A DNA stretch of 64,000 nucleotides from Shigella phage Sf25: the sequence record MF327009. One strand, written 5' to 3'. The position numbers and the translations under genes were made by a program. The notes beneath the pieces are model-generated. The model was not told the DNA's origin. It worked only from the letters and a program-made list of their open reading frames with translations, and did not search any database. Below are positions 40,228-50,418 of the stretch, in pieces (position 1 is the first letter of the stretch; each line of letters begins with the position of its first letter).

Positions 40228-41964
40228 GCATGTTCTTCTTATAGTATTCATCTTTTTGGGATCAGTTTCTCCACAAATAGAACAAACAAATCCGTTTTCA
40301 GTAGGAGTCATTTCATGGGTGCTTCCGCATGTAAAACATTTATCTACTGGCATATTAACACCAAAATAATCTAAATGTTGTGCAGCATAATCCCATACGG
40401 CCTCAAGACCTTTTAAGTTATTTTTCATATCAGGAAGTTCAACATAAGAAATGTGACCGCCTGTCGCAATGAAATGATATGGGGCTTCGCGAGAAATCTT
40501 TTCAAACGGAGTAATATTTTCTTCTACTGAAACATGGAAACTGTTAGTGTACCAACCTTTATCGGTAACATCTTTTACGCTTCCATATTTTTCTGTATCG
40601 AGTTTACAGAAGCGATAGCACAGGTTTTCAGCGGGAGTAGAATACAAGCTAAAAGCAAATCCAGTTCTTTCAGTCCACTGTTTAAGATGAGCATTCATTT
40701 TAGTTAAAATTTCTCGTCCAATATCACGACCGACAAGAATATTCAATTCGTGAATACCAATGTATCCTAAAGACACTGAACTTCTACCGTTTTTAAATAA
40801 CTCAATTATGTCGTCATCAGGTTTAAGACGAACCCCGAATGCACCTTCTTGGTAAAGAATAGGAGCAACAGTAGCTTTAACTCCTTTTAAGGAACTAATT
40901 CTACACATCAAAGCTTCAAAACATAAATCCATTCGTTCATTGAATAATTCAGCAAATTTCTGTTCATTGAACTGTGTTCCAATATAAGAATCTAACGCGA
41001 TGCGAGGAAGATTCAGTGTTACAACACCAAGATTATTACGTCCATCAAGAATTTCATTACCAGTCGAATCTTTCCATACGCTCAAGAAACTACGGCAACC
41101 CATTGGAGAAACAGGAACAGATGAACCAGTGATAGCTTTATTGTTCTTAGCTGAAATAATATCAGGATACATCCTTTTGCTTGCACACTCTAGAGCAAGC
41201 TGCTTAATATCATAGTTCGGATCGTCTTTGTAAAGATTAACGCCTTCTTCGACGAACATAACAAGCTTAGGAAAAATAGGAGTTATCCCATCACGACCGA
41301 GACCTTTAATACGATTTTTCAGAATTGCTTTCTGAATCATTCGTTCAGTCCAGTCAGTTCCCGTACCAAATGTAATTGTTACAAAAGGCGTTTGCCCGTT
41401 TGAACTAAAGAGAGTATTTACTTCATATTCATAAGCTTGAAATGCATCGTATACGTCTTTTTCTGTTTTAGATTGAGCATAATTCAACGCATCAGCGATT
41501 TGCCATTTTTCTGCATCCTCAATATGTTTTGCATAGGTGCGTTTAACATAAGGAGAAAGTACTTTATCTACATTCGCAAAAGTCGTTCCGCCGTATTGGT
41601 GAGAAGCAACCTGTGCAGTAATTTGTGCCATAATTGCAGTAGCAACGCCAATTGATTTAGGAGTTTCAATCTGTGCATTACCAAGCTTAAATCCGTTCTC
41701 AAGCATTCCTTTTAAATCTACTAAACAGCAATTAGTAAATGGAAGAGCAGGGGAATAATCAATATCGTGGAAATGGATAATTCCGCTTTCATGTGCTTTC
41801 ATAATAAAAGACGGGACCATATTTTTGGCAATGTGTTTAGACACAATACCAGCCATAAGGTCCCGTTGAGTTGGAAAAACACGAGAATCTTTATTAGCAT
41901 TCTCGTTTAAAAGGTCTTTATTAGTTTTATGAATCAATCCTTCAATTTCTTTTTCAATTGTCAT
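40147..41964 (-). CDS. nrdD: anaerobic ribonucleoside-triphosphate reductase NrdD, intronless (605 aa)
   Basis: C-terminal glycyl-radical and zinc-ribbon region (CFTCGSTHEM...CSICG); continuous ORF. Confidence 0.9.
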   Translation of the reverse strand: MTIEKEIEGLIHKTNKDLLNENANKDSRVFPTQRDLMAGIVSKHIAKNMVPSFIMKAHESGIIHFHDIDYSPALPFTNCCLVDLKGMLENGFKLGNAQIETPKSIGVATAIMAQITAQVASHQYGGTTFANVDKVLSPYVKRTYAKHIEDAEKWQIADALNYAQSKTEKDVYDAFQAYEYEVNTLFSSNGQTPFVTITFGTGTDWTERMIQKAILKNRIKGLGRDGITPIFPKLVMFVEEGVNLYKDDPNYDIKQLALECASKRMYPDIISAKNNKAITGSSVPVSPMGCRSFLSVWKDSTGNEILDGRNNLGVVTLNLPRIALDSYIGTQFNEQKFAELFNERMDLCFEALMCRISSLKGVKATVAPILYQEGAFGVRLKPDDDIIELFKNGRSSVSLGYIGIHELNILVGRDIGREILTKMNAHLKQWTERTGFAFSLYSTPAENLCYRFCKLDTEKYGSVKDVTDKGWYTNSFHVSVEENITPFEKISREAPYHFIATGGHISYVELPDMKNNLKGLEAVWDYAAQHLDYFGVNMPVDKCFTCGSTHEMTPTENGFVCSICGETDPKKMNTIRRTCGYLGNPNERGFNLGKNKEIMHRVKHQ

Positions 41965-42434
41965 TTTAAACTCTTTCTAAGCTGCTTCTTAAATGAAGCT
42001 ATTAACTGTGTTTTAGTGTCAGATTCATTATATTCAAATCCTCTTTGAAGCATCTCGGCCATCATTTCCTCTTTTCCTAAACGAGAAAATTCCTTTGATT
42101 TATCTCCAACAAAGTTAGGGTGAATATTATTTTGGGTGTAATCGGATTTTAAATAAGTAAGTAAATTTTCTAACCATTCAAGATAATCAACACCTTGTCC
42201 CTTTAAGCCAGAACGATTAAATTTGTGCTTCATTTGACCTTCTGTGGCATTGCAGAGATTACAAAGCAATCCACGTACTTTTCCTGCTTTTGGTCCATTT
42301 AATTCATGGTCATGGTCGAGGTGATTAGCTTGAACGTCAGGATTTAGTTCTCGTTGGCAAATTAAGCATTTACCGTTTTGTGCATCATAAAATTTCTGTT
42401 TTTCTTCTTTATATAATTTGCCAGTCAATAACAT
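41961..42434 (-). CDS. 49: endonuclease VII (Holliday junction resolvase gp49), 157 aa
   Basis: Zn-binding CLICQ...HLDHDH...CNLCN motif; T4 gp49 length. Confidence 0.85.
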   Translation of the reverse strand: MLLTGKLYKEEKQKFYDAQNGKCLICQRELNPDVQANHLDHDHELNGPKAGKVRGLLCNLCNATEGQMKHKFNRSGLKGQGVDYLEWLENLLTYLKSDYTQNNIHPNFVGDKSKEFSRLGKEEMMAEMLQRGFEYNESDTKTQLIASFKKQLRKSLK

Positions 42435-42476
42435 AATAAAACCCTTACCTTAAATAGATAAGGGTATTTATTATTT

Positions 42477-42980
42477 TCAAGTATTGTAAAACATTTGATT
42501 CAATCGCTTATATTGCCGAATCTTTTGGTCAGAAAAAGAAATTTGAGTTTCAAGCCATTCAATATATTCTGCCGCAGCTTGCATCAAATTTCCTTCATAG
42601 CCATCGTTATTTTCTTGTGCAGCTAATTTAGCTAATGCATATGAAATACGTTCACCTTGAAAATCGGCTTTAGGCTTCTGAACAACTTGATTAGTTCGCT
42701 CTACAACTTCTTCAATTTCGCCATTTTCGACTGATTCAGTATTCCACAAGCACCAATACGTAATTGGCTTATCGTAGATGTTAATAATCTTTCCATCAGA
42801 AAGTTCAATTTCAATAATTCCAGTGTCAGGCTCTATATCATCTTCACATTCTTTTGCAAGTTCACGAACTTTAAAGACAGTACCTGCACTAAGTTCCGGC
42901 CAGTAATTACACAGCCCTTTATCAGCACGATTAATTCTAAACCACTTATTTACTGCAATCATGTCCCATCTCCATATCAA
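42477..42980 (-). CDS. hypothetical protein (pin-region position)
   Basis: ORF track. Confidence 0.4.
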   Translation of the reverse strand: MIWRWDMIAVNKWFRINRADKGLCNYWPELSAGTVFKVRELAKECEDDIEPDTGIIEIELSDGKIINIYDKPITYWCLWNTESVENGEIEEVVERTNQVVQKPKADFQGERISYALAKLAAQENNDGYEGNLMQAAAEYIEWLETQISFSDQKIRQYKRLNQMFYNT

Positions 42981-43085
42981 TTAAGTCATTTATTGTTGGT
43001 TCATTATATACTGTTTCTTCATCAGTGTAAACCGGTTCTTCCGGCTCTGGCTCTACAGTTTCCCATCTAGCCGCCCACCAAGGTT

Positions 43086-43406
43086 TTATAGCGTAATCCA
43101 TTCTCGTACTGTCTGAGTTACTACACGTTCACGGGGCTCGACTAGTTCAACAGTCGGAACTGCATAATACCAGTCAGAATGATAAGAACCTGAGCGAGTT
43201 TCATTTACGGAAACATGTACATTGTGTTTTGGACTAAAATAAACACACTGACGATATTGGCATTTACCATCTTGCACCCAGTCTTCTATTTCGATAGGTT
43301 TAAGATAATCCGAAAAATCGAAATCATAATTTTCTGAAAATGCATCATGGTCTTCGATGATTTCACTCAGAACTGCATCAACATCTAATTTATTTTCAAT
43401 ATTCAT
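43086..43406 (-). CDS. hypothetical acidic protein
   Basis: ORF track. Confidence 0.4.
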   Translation of the reverse strand: MNIENKLDVDAVLSEIIEDHDAFSENYDFDFSDYLKPIEIEDWVQDGKCQYRQCVYFSPKHNVHVSVNETRSGSYHSDWYYAVPTVELVEPRERVVTQTVREWITL

Positions 43407-43416
43407 TTTTCACCAA

Positions 43417-43626
43417 TTAATTTCGCAATTTATTAAGTTCTTCATAATCAATCCATGATTCTAGTCCTGATGGCAAATCAGATTCAATTTCCCAAAGAAG
43501 TTCTTCAATTTTCTGAAGACGATCTAGTTCTTCAGCAGGAATAGTAACCATTGACGGAGTTCTTGATACGCTAATATCGTAAATCATATTTACCCCAGTT
43601 TGACCATACAATCGCCGTATTTCCAT
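43417..43626 (-). CDS. hypothetical protein
   Basis: ORF track. Confidence 0.35.
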   Translation of the reverse strand: MEIRRLYGQTGVNMIYDISVSRTPSMVTIPAEELDRLQKIEELLWEIESDLPSGLESWIDYEELNKLRN

Positions 43627-43805
43627 TTAGAAATAGACTTTTCACCATTAGAATAATAAACTTCGAGTTTAGCACGGTTATTTTTAATTTGAATAACTTT
43701 GGCTGTCATCAAAGTTCCATAACCATAGTAAACTGCGACTTCATCACCTACATATACCGCGCTTCCGCGGTAGTCATGGATATAATCAGTTCCTTCGAGC
43801 ATCAT
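43590..43805 (-). CDS. hypothetical protein
   Basis: ORF track. Confidence 0.35.
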   Translation of the reverse strand: MMLEGTDYIHDYRGSAVYVGDEVAVYYGYGTLMTAKVIQIKNNRAKLEVYYSNGEKSISKWKYGDCMVKLG

Positions 43806-44065
43806 TTAAAGTATTCCCGCAATTGGTCAAATCCACCAATATGACTTCCATCAGGAGCAAATACTTGTGGCATCGTCAAACCAATTTGAGTATCACGACC
43901 TAGTTTCGTCAGAAGCTCAGCAATTTTCTCATCATCAAAAACACCTTTTTCCGGCATAATGTTGATAAATTCAAACGGCTGTTTCTTTACAGTCAAAAGA
44001 CGTTTTGCATTATCGCAATACACACATTTATGGATGTTGCTATTATAACCATATACTTTAAACAT
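43802..44065 (-). CDS. nrdC: thioredoxin/glutaredoxin NrdC, 87 aa
   Basis: CVYC active site, 87 aa as T4 NrdC. Confidence 0.8.
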   Translation of the reverse strand: MFKVYGYNSNIHKCVYCDNAKRLLTVKKQPFEFINIMPEKGVFDDEKIAELLTKLGRDTQIGLTMPQVFAPDGSHIGGFDQLREYFK

Positions 44066-44066
44066 A

Positions 44067-44309
44067 TTATTCCTTAATTCCTAGTACTTGTTTAAAAGTC
44101 TCGTCGTAATCAAGACTTTGACCCGTTTGTTCTTTATGTTTGTATATAATATCACTTACTTCTGATAGCATATTTTTATATGAACGAGTTAAAGCAGATT
44201 TAAGCACGCTGTATCTATCAGGAAATTTACCATGTTCATTATAATAAGCTATTGCTAATTCACGGACTGCCTTTTCAGCAGCCTCCATATATTCTTTACG
44301 CTTGGTCAT
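44067..44309 (-). CDS. hypothetical protein
   Basis: ORF track. Confidence 0.4.
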   Translation of the reverse strand: MTKRKEYMEAAEKAVRELAIAYYNEHGKFPDRYSVLKSALTRSYKNMLSEVSDIIYKHKEQTGQSLDYDETFKQVLGIKE

Positions 44310-44311
44310 TT

Positions 44312-44701
44312 TTAATCCAAAATATTATTAGGCATTGGTTGAACACTCACAAGTTCTTTAAAGAACTCAGTAGAGTCAGGCAATTTAACCATTTCCGGAG
44401 CATGCTTACTGAATTTATGTTTACATTGACGGCATTTATATTCAAGCTCTGGTTTACGCCAGTTAATCAATTGAACTTGTTCAGTACCGCATTCAGGGCA
44501 ATTAGGAACGTTTTTAGAAGCCCTTTCACGACGTTCAACCATAACCATAATAGCATCCCATGCTGGAGGTTTAAAATCTAAATCGTCGCAGCCGTGAATC
44601 TTTCCACGCATTTCCATATCATCTTCCTCACCAGCCATAATAATTTTAATTAAACTGGAATTACTTGAAGCTGCAATGTCTTCTAATAAACGCTTTTTCA
44701 T
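44312..44701 (-). CDS. zinc-ribbon containing hypothetical protein
   Basis: CPECG...CRQCKHKF. Confidence 0.45.
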   Translation of the reverse strand: MKKRLLEDIAASSNSSLIKIIMAGEEDDMEMRGKIHGCDDLDFKPPAWDAIMVMVERRERASKNVPNCPECGTEQVQLINWRKPELEYKCRQCKHKFSKHAPEMVKLPDSTEFFKELVSVQPMPNNILD

Positions 44702-45447
44702 TTCAATACCTCAATAGCATTACGTAAACCATTTGCTTTTGCATTAAGAGCTTTTAACAATTTGGTGTGTTCTGCAATTTGGGCTTCAACTTCAATCAAA
44801 CGGGCATTGAGATATTCACGTTCTTCACTCAGATTATCAACCTTTTCTACTTTAGGCTCTTTTACAACTGTCTTATATGTATTAGGGTTCTTCAGTTTAA
44901 TTAGAATGCGTGAACTGTATAACATTGAACCATTATCTTCGGTTTCGTCATACATTTCCACTACGTCCATAATTTTTAACATCATGCGGAGTTTATAAGA
45001 CAACGAACGAATAGTTTTGTTGTGCTTATTAATTTCTTTAGCTGTCATGGTGCCAAGATTACGTGAGTAATAATAAGGAACCTGGATATTAATTAATACT
45101 GATGAACCACCTGGCTTGTGTGTTACTTCATCAGCAATAACCCAGTCCTTAACATGAACTGTATTTGTACGGTCATCGCCCGCGGTAAATAGTTTGCGAG
45201 CATGCTTAAAAAGCATATTCACTTGGTCATTGAATTGACAAGCAAATTTATCAGCAAATTTAGTTTCAGGAATGGTAGAAAACCAATCAGCCAAATGAGT
45301 CTTTTTAACATCATTAACAATAGTAAATTCAACCAAATCGGTTATAGATGTCTCAGATTTAATGAAGCTCGGCTTCATAAAGTTTTTAATGTTCTCATGA
45401 GCTACAGTAGAAGATAACATACGAGAACGTTTAAACCATTCAAGCAA
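44698..45447 (-). CDS. hypothetical protein with C-terminal coiled coil
   Basis: C-terminal heptad-rich segment. Confidence 0.45.
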   Translation of the reverse strand: MLEWFKRSRMLSSTVAHENIKNFMKPSFIKSETSITDLVEFTIVNDVKKTHLADWFSTIPETKFADKFACQFNDQVNMLFKHARKLFTAGDDRTNTVHVKDWVIADEVTHKPGGSSVLINIQVPYYYSRNLGTMTAKEINKHNKTIRSLSYKLRMMLKIMDVVEMYDETEDNGSMLYSSRILIKLKNPNTYKTVVKEPKVEKVDNLSEEREYLNARLIEVEAQIAEHTKLLKALNAKANGLRNAIEVLK

Positions 45448-45632
45448 ATTGCCTAACGAATGAGAATAAGCGTTTTGAGTATCTTTACAGATATGATTTT
45501 CCTGACCAACATATTGAAGGAAATCACGAAGAATATTATTGATTACTGCTCTGTGTCCTATCTGATAATTACGATGTTTAGTAATAAGACTGTGGTTAAT
45601 GGTTTATACTCCGAGCCATACTTGGCTTTAAA

Positions 45633-46934
45633 TTACTTAATTAACTGTAAAGCTTGTTCAAGACGATCAAGACGATTAACGGATTCTTCCCAAATCTTTT
45701 TAGCACTTTCATATTCTTTTTCTGCTTTATTTTTAATTTCTAAAGCTTCTTTATAAGCTTTTTCTAGTGCAATAACTTCTGGACGAATTTCTATTGGCTC
45801 AGGAGAATCATCGAGCCAATCCATCAATTCTTCAAGTGTGGTTTCTTCTTTAGGAGCATTCACAATTTCTTCACATTTCTTCTGATGAATTTCTTTATCT
45901 GTTAGTGAATAAGCACATTTCACTTCACGAAGACTAATTACAATTTTATATCCTTCCCATCCGCATATATTCTTAAAAGGATATGTATGAATATTTTCTA
46001 CTGTTTCCATACAAAGTAATGCAGTCTCTAACTGACGAGTTATAGTGCTAGCAATTGAGAAAAATTTATTAATATTCTTTTGGTTAGCGTTTGGTGTAAA
46101 AAATCCATAATTCACAAAAATAGCTACTTTATTTTCATCAAGCTCATATTCTAGTGAATAAGCACATTTCACTTCACGAAGACTAATTACAATTTTATAT
46201 CCTTCCCATCCGCATATATTCTTAAAAGGATATGTATGAATATTTTCTACTGTTTCCATACAAAGTAATGCAGTCTCTAACTGACGAGTTATAGTGCTAG
46301 CAATTGAGAAAAATTTATTAATATTCTTTTGGTTAGCGTTTGGTGTAAAAAATCCATAATTCACAAAAATAGCTACTTTATTTTCATCAAGCTCATATTC
46401 TTTTACGATAATCATATCAGAAGCCAAAGGATGAATTTGACGATAATCGCCATAACATAATTTAGAAGCTGATTTTAGAATTTGTCCTTTGAAAAGTCTG
46501 AAATTACTAATCCAACGACGAGTAAAAATATTCTCAGGGTCTTCTTTATTATTAAGATGATAAGAATTAACATCACCGAACCAATTATATCCTACTACAT
46601 CTTTGGTTCGTTTAATTTCTTTCCCAAAATTACCAAGAATATCCCGATTAACCAAATATGAAAGAAGACGAGACTCTTTAAAGGTTTTCTTGATATTATC
46701 TTTATCTACACGGCTAGAAATTTTACGAATTTCATGAATAAATTTAGTAGAAGAAACAATACTTGCATCAACACTATTGAGCCATTGATTGATAATGGAA
46801 AGAACGATATTTTGACCAAACATCGGTATAGCTTTATCATCAATAACGCTATTGAATGATTTGATATATTCGTTACGAGTCATATTAATCTCCTCAGTAG
46901 AAAGTAAGAACATTATACCACATCCTTGTGGCAA
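45633..46934 (-). CDS. hypothetical protein with C-terminal coiled coil, carrying an in-frame 83-aa tandem duplication
   Basis: Block EYELDENKVAIFVNYGFF...REVKCAYSL repeated twice; shares FRLFKGQILKSASKL-like motif with next ORF. Confidence 0.5.
   Translation of the reverse strand: MPQGCGIMFLLSTEEINMTRNEYIKSFNSVIDDKAIPMFGQNIVLSIINQWLNSVDASIVSSTKFIHEIRKISSRVDKDNIKKTFKESRLLSYLVNRDILGNFGKEIKRTKDVVGYNWFGDVNSYHLNNKEDPENIFTRRWISNFRLFKGQILKSASKLCYGDYRQIHPLASDMIIVKEYELDENKVAIFVNYGFFTPNANQKNINKFFSIASTITRQLETALLCMETVENIHTYPFKNICGWEGYKIVISLREVKCAYSLEYELDENKVAIFVNYGFFTPNANQKNINKFFSIASTITRQLETALLCMETVENIHTYPFKNICGWEGYKIVISLREVKCAYSLTDKEIHQKKCEEIVNAPKEETTLEELMDWLDDSPEPIEIRPEVIALEKAYKEALEIKNKAEKEYESAKKIWEESVNRLDRLEQALQLIK
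45903..46400. repeat. exact tandem duplication, 2 x 249 bp
   Basis: Identical head-to-tail copies, in frame. Confidence 0.85.
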
Positions 46935-46941
46935 AGTAAAC
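46912..46941 (-). promoter_or_regulatory. early-promoter-like site
   Basis: Minus strand reads GTTTAC-N17-TGGTATAATG. Confidence 0.45.
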
Positions 46942-48215
46942 TAGTTCAGTGCATTTAGTGCATTGTTCAGTTTAGAACGTTGCTTCGTGAGATTTTTGAC
47001 TTTTTCTTGTGCTTTTTCTAGCATCTTTTCAGCTTCTAACACTTCATTGGTCGCTTTAACGAGTTCATCATCTACTGCCTTAAGGGACTTCTCAATCGCA
47101 TCCGCGTGCCATTTTTCAACAGGTTTAAGACTCGGATTTTCAATAGGAAGAAAATTCACTTTATTGAATTTCCATGCATCTTTATTACCTGAACTATACA
47201 TCCAAAATTTAGGATCGTTTGATGAGTAATTGGATAAATTTAAATTTAAGTTATCTTGCACTTCTTGCTTTTTCTCTTGCGTGACTTCGTCCTTTCTCAA
47301 AAAATCGTATTTAAATGAAACGATCATATCAAGTTCATATGTTGTTGTGTCTAATTTAAATCGTTCGAAATGCTGTGAAATCTTAGACTGAATAGGAAGA
47401 AAATTCACTTTATTGAATTTCCATGCATCTTTATTACCTGAACTATACATCCAAAATTTAGGATCGTTTGATGAGTAATTGGATAAATTTAAATTTAAGT
47501 TATCTTGCACTTCTTGCTTTTTCTCTTGCGTGACTTCGTCCTTTCTCAAAAAATCGTATTTAAATGAAACGATCATATCAAGTTCATATGTTGTTGTGTC
47601 TAATTTAAATCGTTCGAAATGCTGTGAAATCTTAGACTGAACAGCAGCAACAACATCCATATACTTAAATGCTTCTGTCAACTGTGATTTAAGACATTCG
47701 CAAATTGAAAGAGAATTTTTTGTATTAGGTTTAAAGCTAATTCGTGCAGTTCTATTATTTTCTTTTAATGGTCTTACTTCCATCTGAAGAGTATAACCAT
47801 CAAATTTCAGGTTCTTTAAGTTAATATCAGAACCTTTTAATCGACTCGCAGTTGATAAAATTTGCTTTAATTGTCTACGGAATAGAGCAATAAATCTCCA
47901 TTCAATACGATAATGATTTGGATTGAAAAATCCAGATGATAAATCGACCTTACTTTGACCAACGCCTTGAACAAATAGAGGATTTTTATAATCAATAGTT
48001 TTACAGAAATCGGTTAGCTGCTCACGAGCAGTCATTTGTGTAATATACCCCGCTTTACTAAAATGACGTAACCATTCACTGCTATTCATATATTTAAAGT
48101 GAATATCACGATTAACTTTATCAGGGTCTAAATTATTTTGGCACAAAAATGTCATAACATCACGAGTATAGCTGGCATTACGAATCATATCTTCAATTTG
48201 AGAACGAGTTTTCAT
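46941..48215 (-). CDS. hypothetical protein with C-terminal coiled coil, carrying an in-frame 83-aa tandem duplication
   Basis: Block QSKISQHFERFKLDTTTYEL...KVNFLPI repeated twice. Confidence 0.5.
   Translation of the reverse strand: MKTRSQIEDMIRNASYTRDVMTFLCQNNLDPDKVNRDIHFKYMNSSEWLRHFSKAGYITQMTAREQLTDFCKTIDYKNPLFVQGVGQSKVDLSSGFFNPNHYRIEWRFIALFRRQLKQILSTASRLKGSDINLKNLKFDGYTLQMEVRPLKENNRTARISFKPNTKNSLSICECLKSQLTEAFKYMDVVAAVQSKISQHFERFKLDTTTYELDMIVSFKYDFLRKDEVTQEKKQEVQDNLNLNLSNYSSNDPKFWMYSSGNKDAWKFNKVNFLPIQSKISQHFERFKLDTTTYELDMIVSFKYDFLRKDEVTQEKKQEVQDNLNLNLSNYSSNDPKFWMYSSGNKDAWKFNKVNFLPIENPSLKPVEKWHADAIEKSLKAVDDELVKATNEVLEAEKMLEKAQEKVKNLTKQRSKLNNALNALN
47142..47639. repeat. exact tandem duplication, 2 x 249 bp
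   Basis: Identical head-to-tail copies, in frame. Confidence 0.85.
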
Positions 48216-48223
48216 GGTGTTCC

Positions 48224-49381
48224 TTAAGATTTAAGTAAATCAACAATTTTAATTAACTTTTCACGCTCGGATTTAGCTTTACTACTCAGTCCAGATAGTC
48301 TGAAAATTTCATCATCATATTGTTGAATAGAAATATTCAGCTCTTCAATCTGTTTATTAAAATAATCAATTTGTTCAGAATGTTTTTCGTTACTACGAAC
48401 TGGTACAGGTTTTGTAGGCAATTTAGTTGAACTGGATTCATCCGGGCGATAAATTAAAATACAACTTGAACCAATAGGGCATTTTGCACCAGATGAATAT
48501 TCTAATGTTCCAGCTTCTTTTAAAACTTCAAAAGCTAAACAGAGATGATGCCCCATATTAACATAATCTGTAGAGTGAGCTCTGATCAGCTCTTCAATCT
48601 GTTTATTAAAATAATCAATTTGTTCAGAATGTTTTTCGTTACTACGAACTGGTACAGGTTTTGTAGGCAATTTAGTTGAACTGGATTCATCCGGGCGATA
48701 AATTAAAATACAACTTGAACCAATAGGGCATTTTGCACCAGATGAATATTCTAATGTTCCAGCTTCTTTTAAAACTTCAAAAGCTAAACAGAGATGATGC
48801 CCCATATTAACATAATCTGTAGAGTGAGCTCTGATGTAATAATCATCTCCACGAATACTAAATTTAAAGCATTTAAGGTCTTCTGTATTATTGGTCTTAA
48901 AAATCATTTGTTTATCTAGACCTTTAGCTAATCGAGCGCCTAATGCTAATAATCGTCGTTGATTTTCCCACAAATCCGCAATCATTTGATCGAATGATAA
49001 TTTCGGCATTAGTCGACCATAAAGGTCATATCCTTTATTATAATTGCGAAGGATTTCACTCGCATTAATACGAGACAACGCTCCAATTTTATTAAGGGCT
49101 TTCATGATGCGATTAGATAAACCCATTCCAGACCCGTTTGTTCGTTGTAAATGTTTATCTAATCCAAACCCAATATCAACTTTAAATTTATCTAAAATTT
49201 CAGCATGAACATCTCTGTCAATAACATTCAAATCCAAAGTTTGGTTAAATCTATGAAAAAATTTATCTGGCTCTCCACGACGAAGTACAGTCCATTCATT
49301 CAATTTTTTATTAACTAAAGATTTAATTACTGCATTGACATTATTAATTACTACTGACATATTTTCCTCACTCAATTTCAA
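48224..49381 (-). CDS. hypothetical protein with C-terminal coiled coil, carrying an in-frame 83-aa tandem duplication
   Basis: Block IRAHSTDYVNMGHHLCLAFEV...NKQIEEL repeated twice. Confidence 0.5.
   Translation of the reverse strand: MKLSEENMSVVINNVNAVIKSLVNKKLNEWTVLRRGEPDKFFHRFNQTLDLNVIDRDVHAEILDKFKVDIGFGLDKHLQRTNGSGMGLSNRIMKALNKIGALSRINASEILRNYNKGYDLYGRLMPKLSFDQMIADLWENQRRLLALGARLAKGLDKQMIFKTNNTEDLKCFKFSIRGDDYYIRAHSTDYVNMGHHLCLAFEVLKEAGTLEYSSGAKCPIGSSCILIYRPDESSSTKLPTKPVPVRSNEKHSEQIDYFNKQIEELIRAHSTDYVNMGHHLCLAFEVLKEAGTLEYSSGAKCPIGSSCILIYRPDESSSTKLPTKPVPVRSNEKHSEQIDYFNKQIEELNISIQQYDDEIFRLSGLSSKAKSEREKLIKIVDLLKS
48337..48834. repeat. exact tandem duplication, 2 x 249 bp
   Basis: Identical head-to-tail copies, in frame. 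Confidence 0.85.
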
Positions 49382-49775
49382 TTTTACTAAATATACAGAA
49401 TAAGATGGAACAGACTATATAAGCACCACACACAGATTGAACTAATACCATTCCAAAGAACCAAACAATATTATCAAACAATGTCTGTTTTACGTCGAAA
49501 GGACGTAAACTTACAGTAATATTATCGCCTTTTTCTATTGATGAATACATCTCTGGTGAAATATATTCGCTAAATCTATAACCGTCTTTGAGTTCATATA
49601 CGGCAATAAACGATAAACTAGACCCCTTTACTTGAGTTCCTGTAAGGGTATTAACTACAGTAACATCATAATCTTTATAATGCATATAATCATTAATTGC
49701 GTAATAACCATATGCAACTACTACACATAAACAACATATCAATAAATTCAATCTTTTAATTATCAACTGTTTCAT
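49368..49775 (-). CDS. membrane protein
   Basis: N- and C-terminal hydrophobic helices. Confidence 0.4.
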   Translation of the reverse strand: MKQLIIKRLNLLICCLCVVVAYGYYAINDYMHYKDYDVTVVNTLTGTQVKGSSLSFIAVYELKDGYRFSEYISPEMYSSIEKGDNITVSLRPFDVKQTLFDNIVWFFGMVLVQSVCGAYIVCSILFCIFSKIEIE

Positions 49776-49830
49776 AATAATCTCAGTTAAAAGGGCTTAG
49801 AACCATTATACCATCCTTGGTATAAAGCTG

Positions 49831-50358
49831 TTATGCGAGTACCGTCTTTAACCGTTCTTCAAACTTCCGAAGAGTATTCTGGCGTTCAGCTCTTTGCTTT
49901 TTATAAGTTTCAATACGCTCTGAAATGAGAGTGTATCGTTCATTTACTGATTCTTTCATAAAATCAGGAATTTCACGAGAAGCTTTAATCTCGTCAAATT
50001 TATCAATAACAGCTTGCTCTTCAGCAATTAAGTTATCATACATCAAAATATCTTTCTTGATGAACTCAATATCTTCTTGAGTTACACGAGATAATTTAGA
50101 TGCTTTATCCTTTTTGTACTGTTCGTTAGTATCACGAGACCAGTGTAATGTACGATTTTTATTCGTATTCTTGTAAATTTCTACAATACCAATCTCATCA
50201 ATAATAACGATCCAATTCCAACGTGATTTGTAAATTTGTCCTCCATCAACAGTGATTTCACCTCCGATTGAGATGTCGTTAAAGAACTTGCTTTGTGCTT
50301 CAGATTTAAATTTACCATCGTTGTAATTTACCAAGTTGAAAATATCTTTAGCGTTCAT
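49831..50358 (-). CDS. hypothetical protein with C-terminal coiled coil
   Basis: ORF track. Confidence 0.4.
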   Translation of the reverse strand: MNAKDIFNLVNYNDGKFKSEAQSKFFNDISIGGEITVDGGQIYKSRWNWIVIIDEIGIVEIYKNTNKNRTLHWSRDTNEQYKKDKASKLSRVTQEDIEFIKKDILMYDNLIAEEQAVIDKFDEIKASREIPDFMKESVNERYTLISERIETYKKQRAERQNTLRKFEERLKTVLA

Positions 50359-50418
50359 TTTCTGTTCCTCCGTAGTTGATAGTTGTATAGTACCACAGAG
50401 GAACAGTCTTGTAAACCA

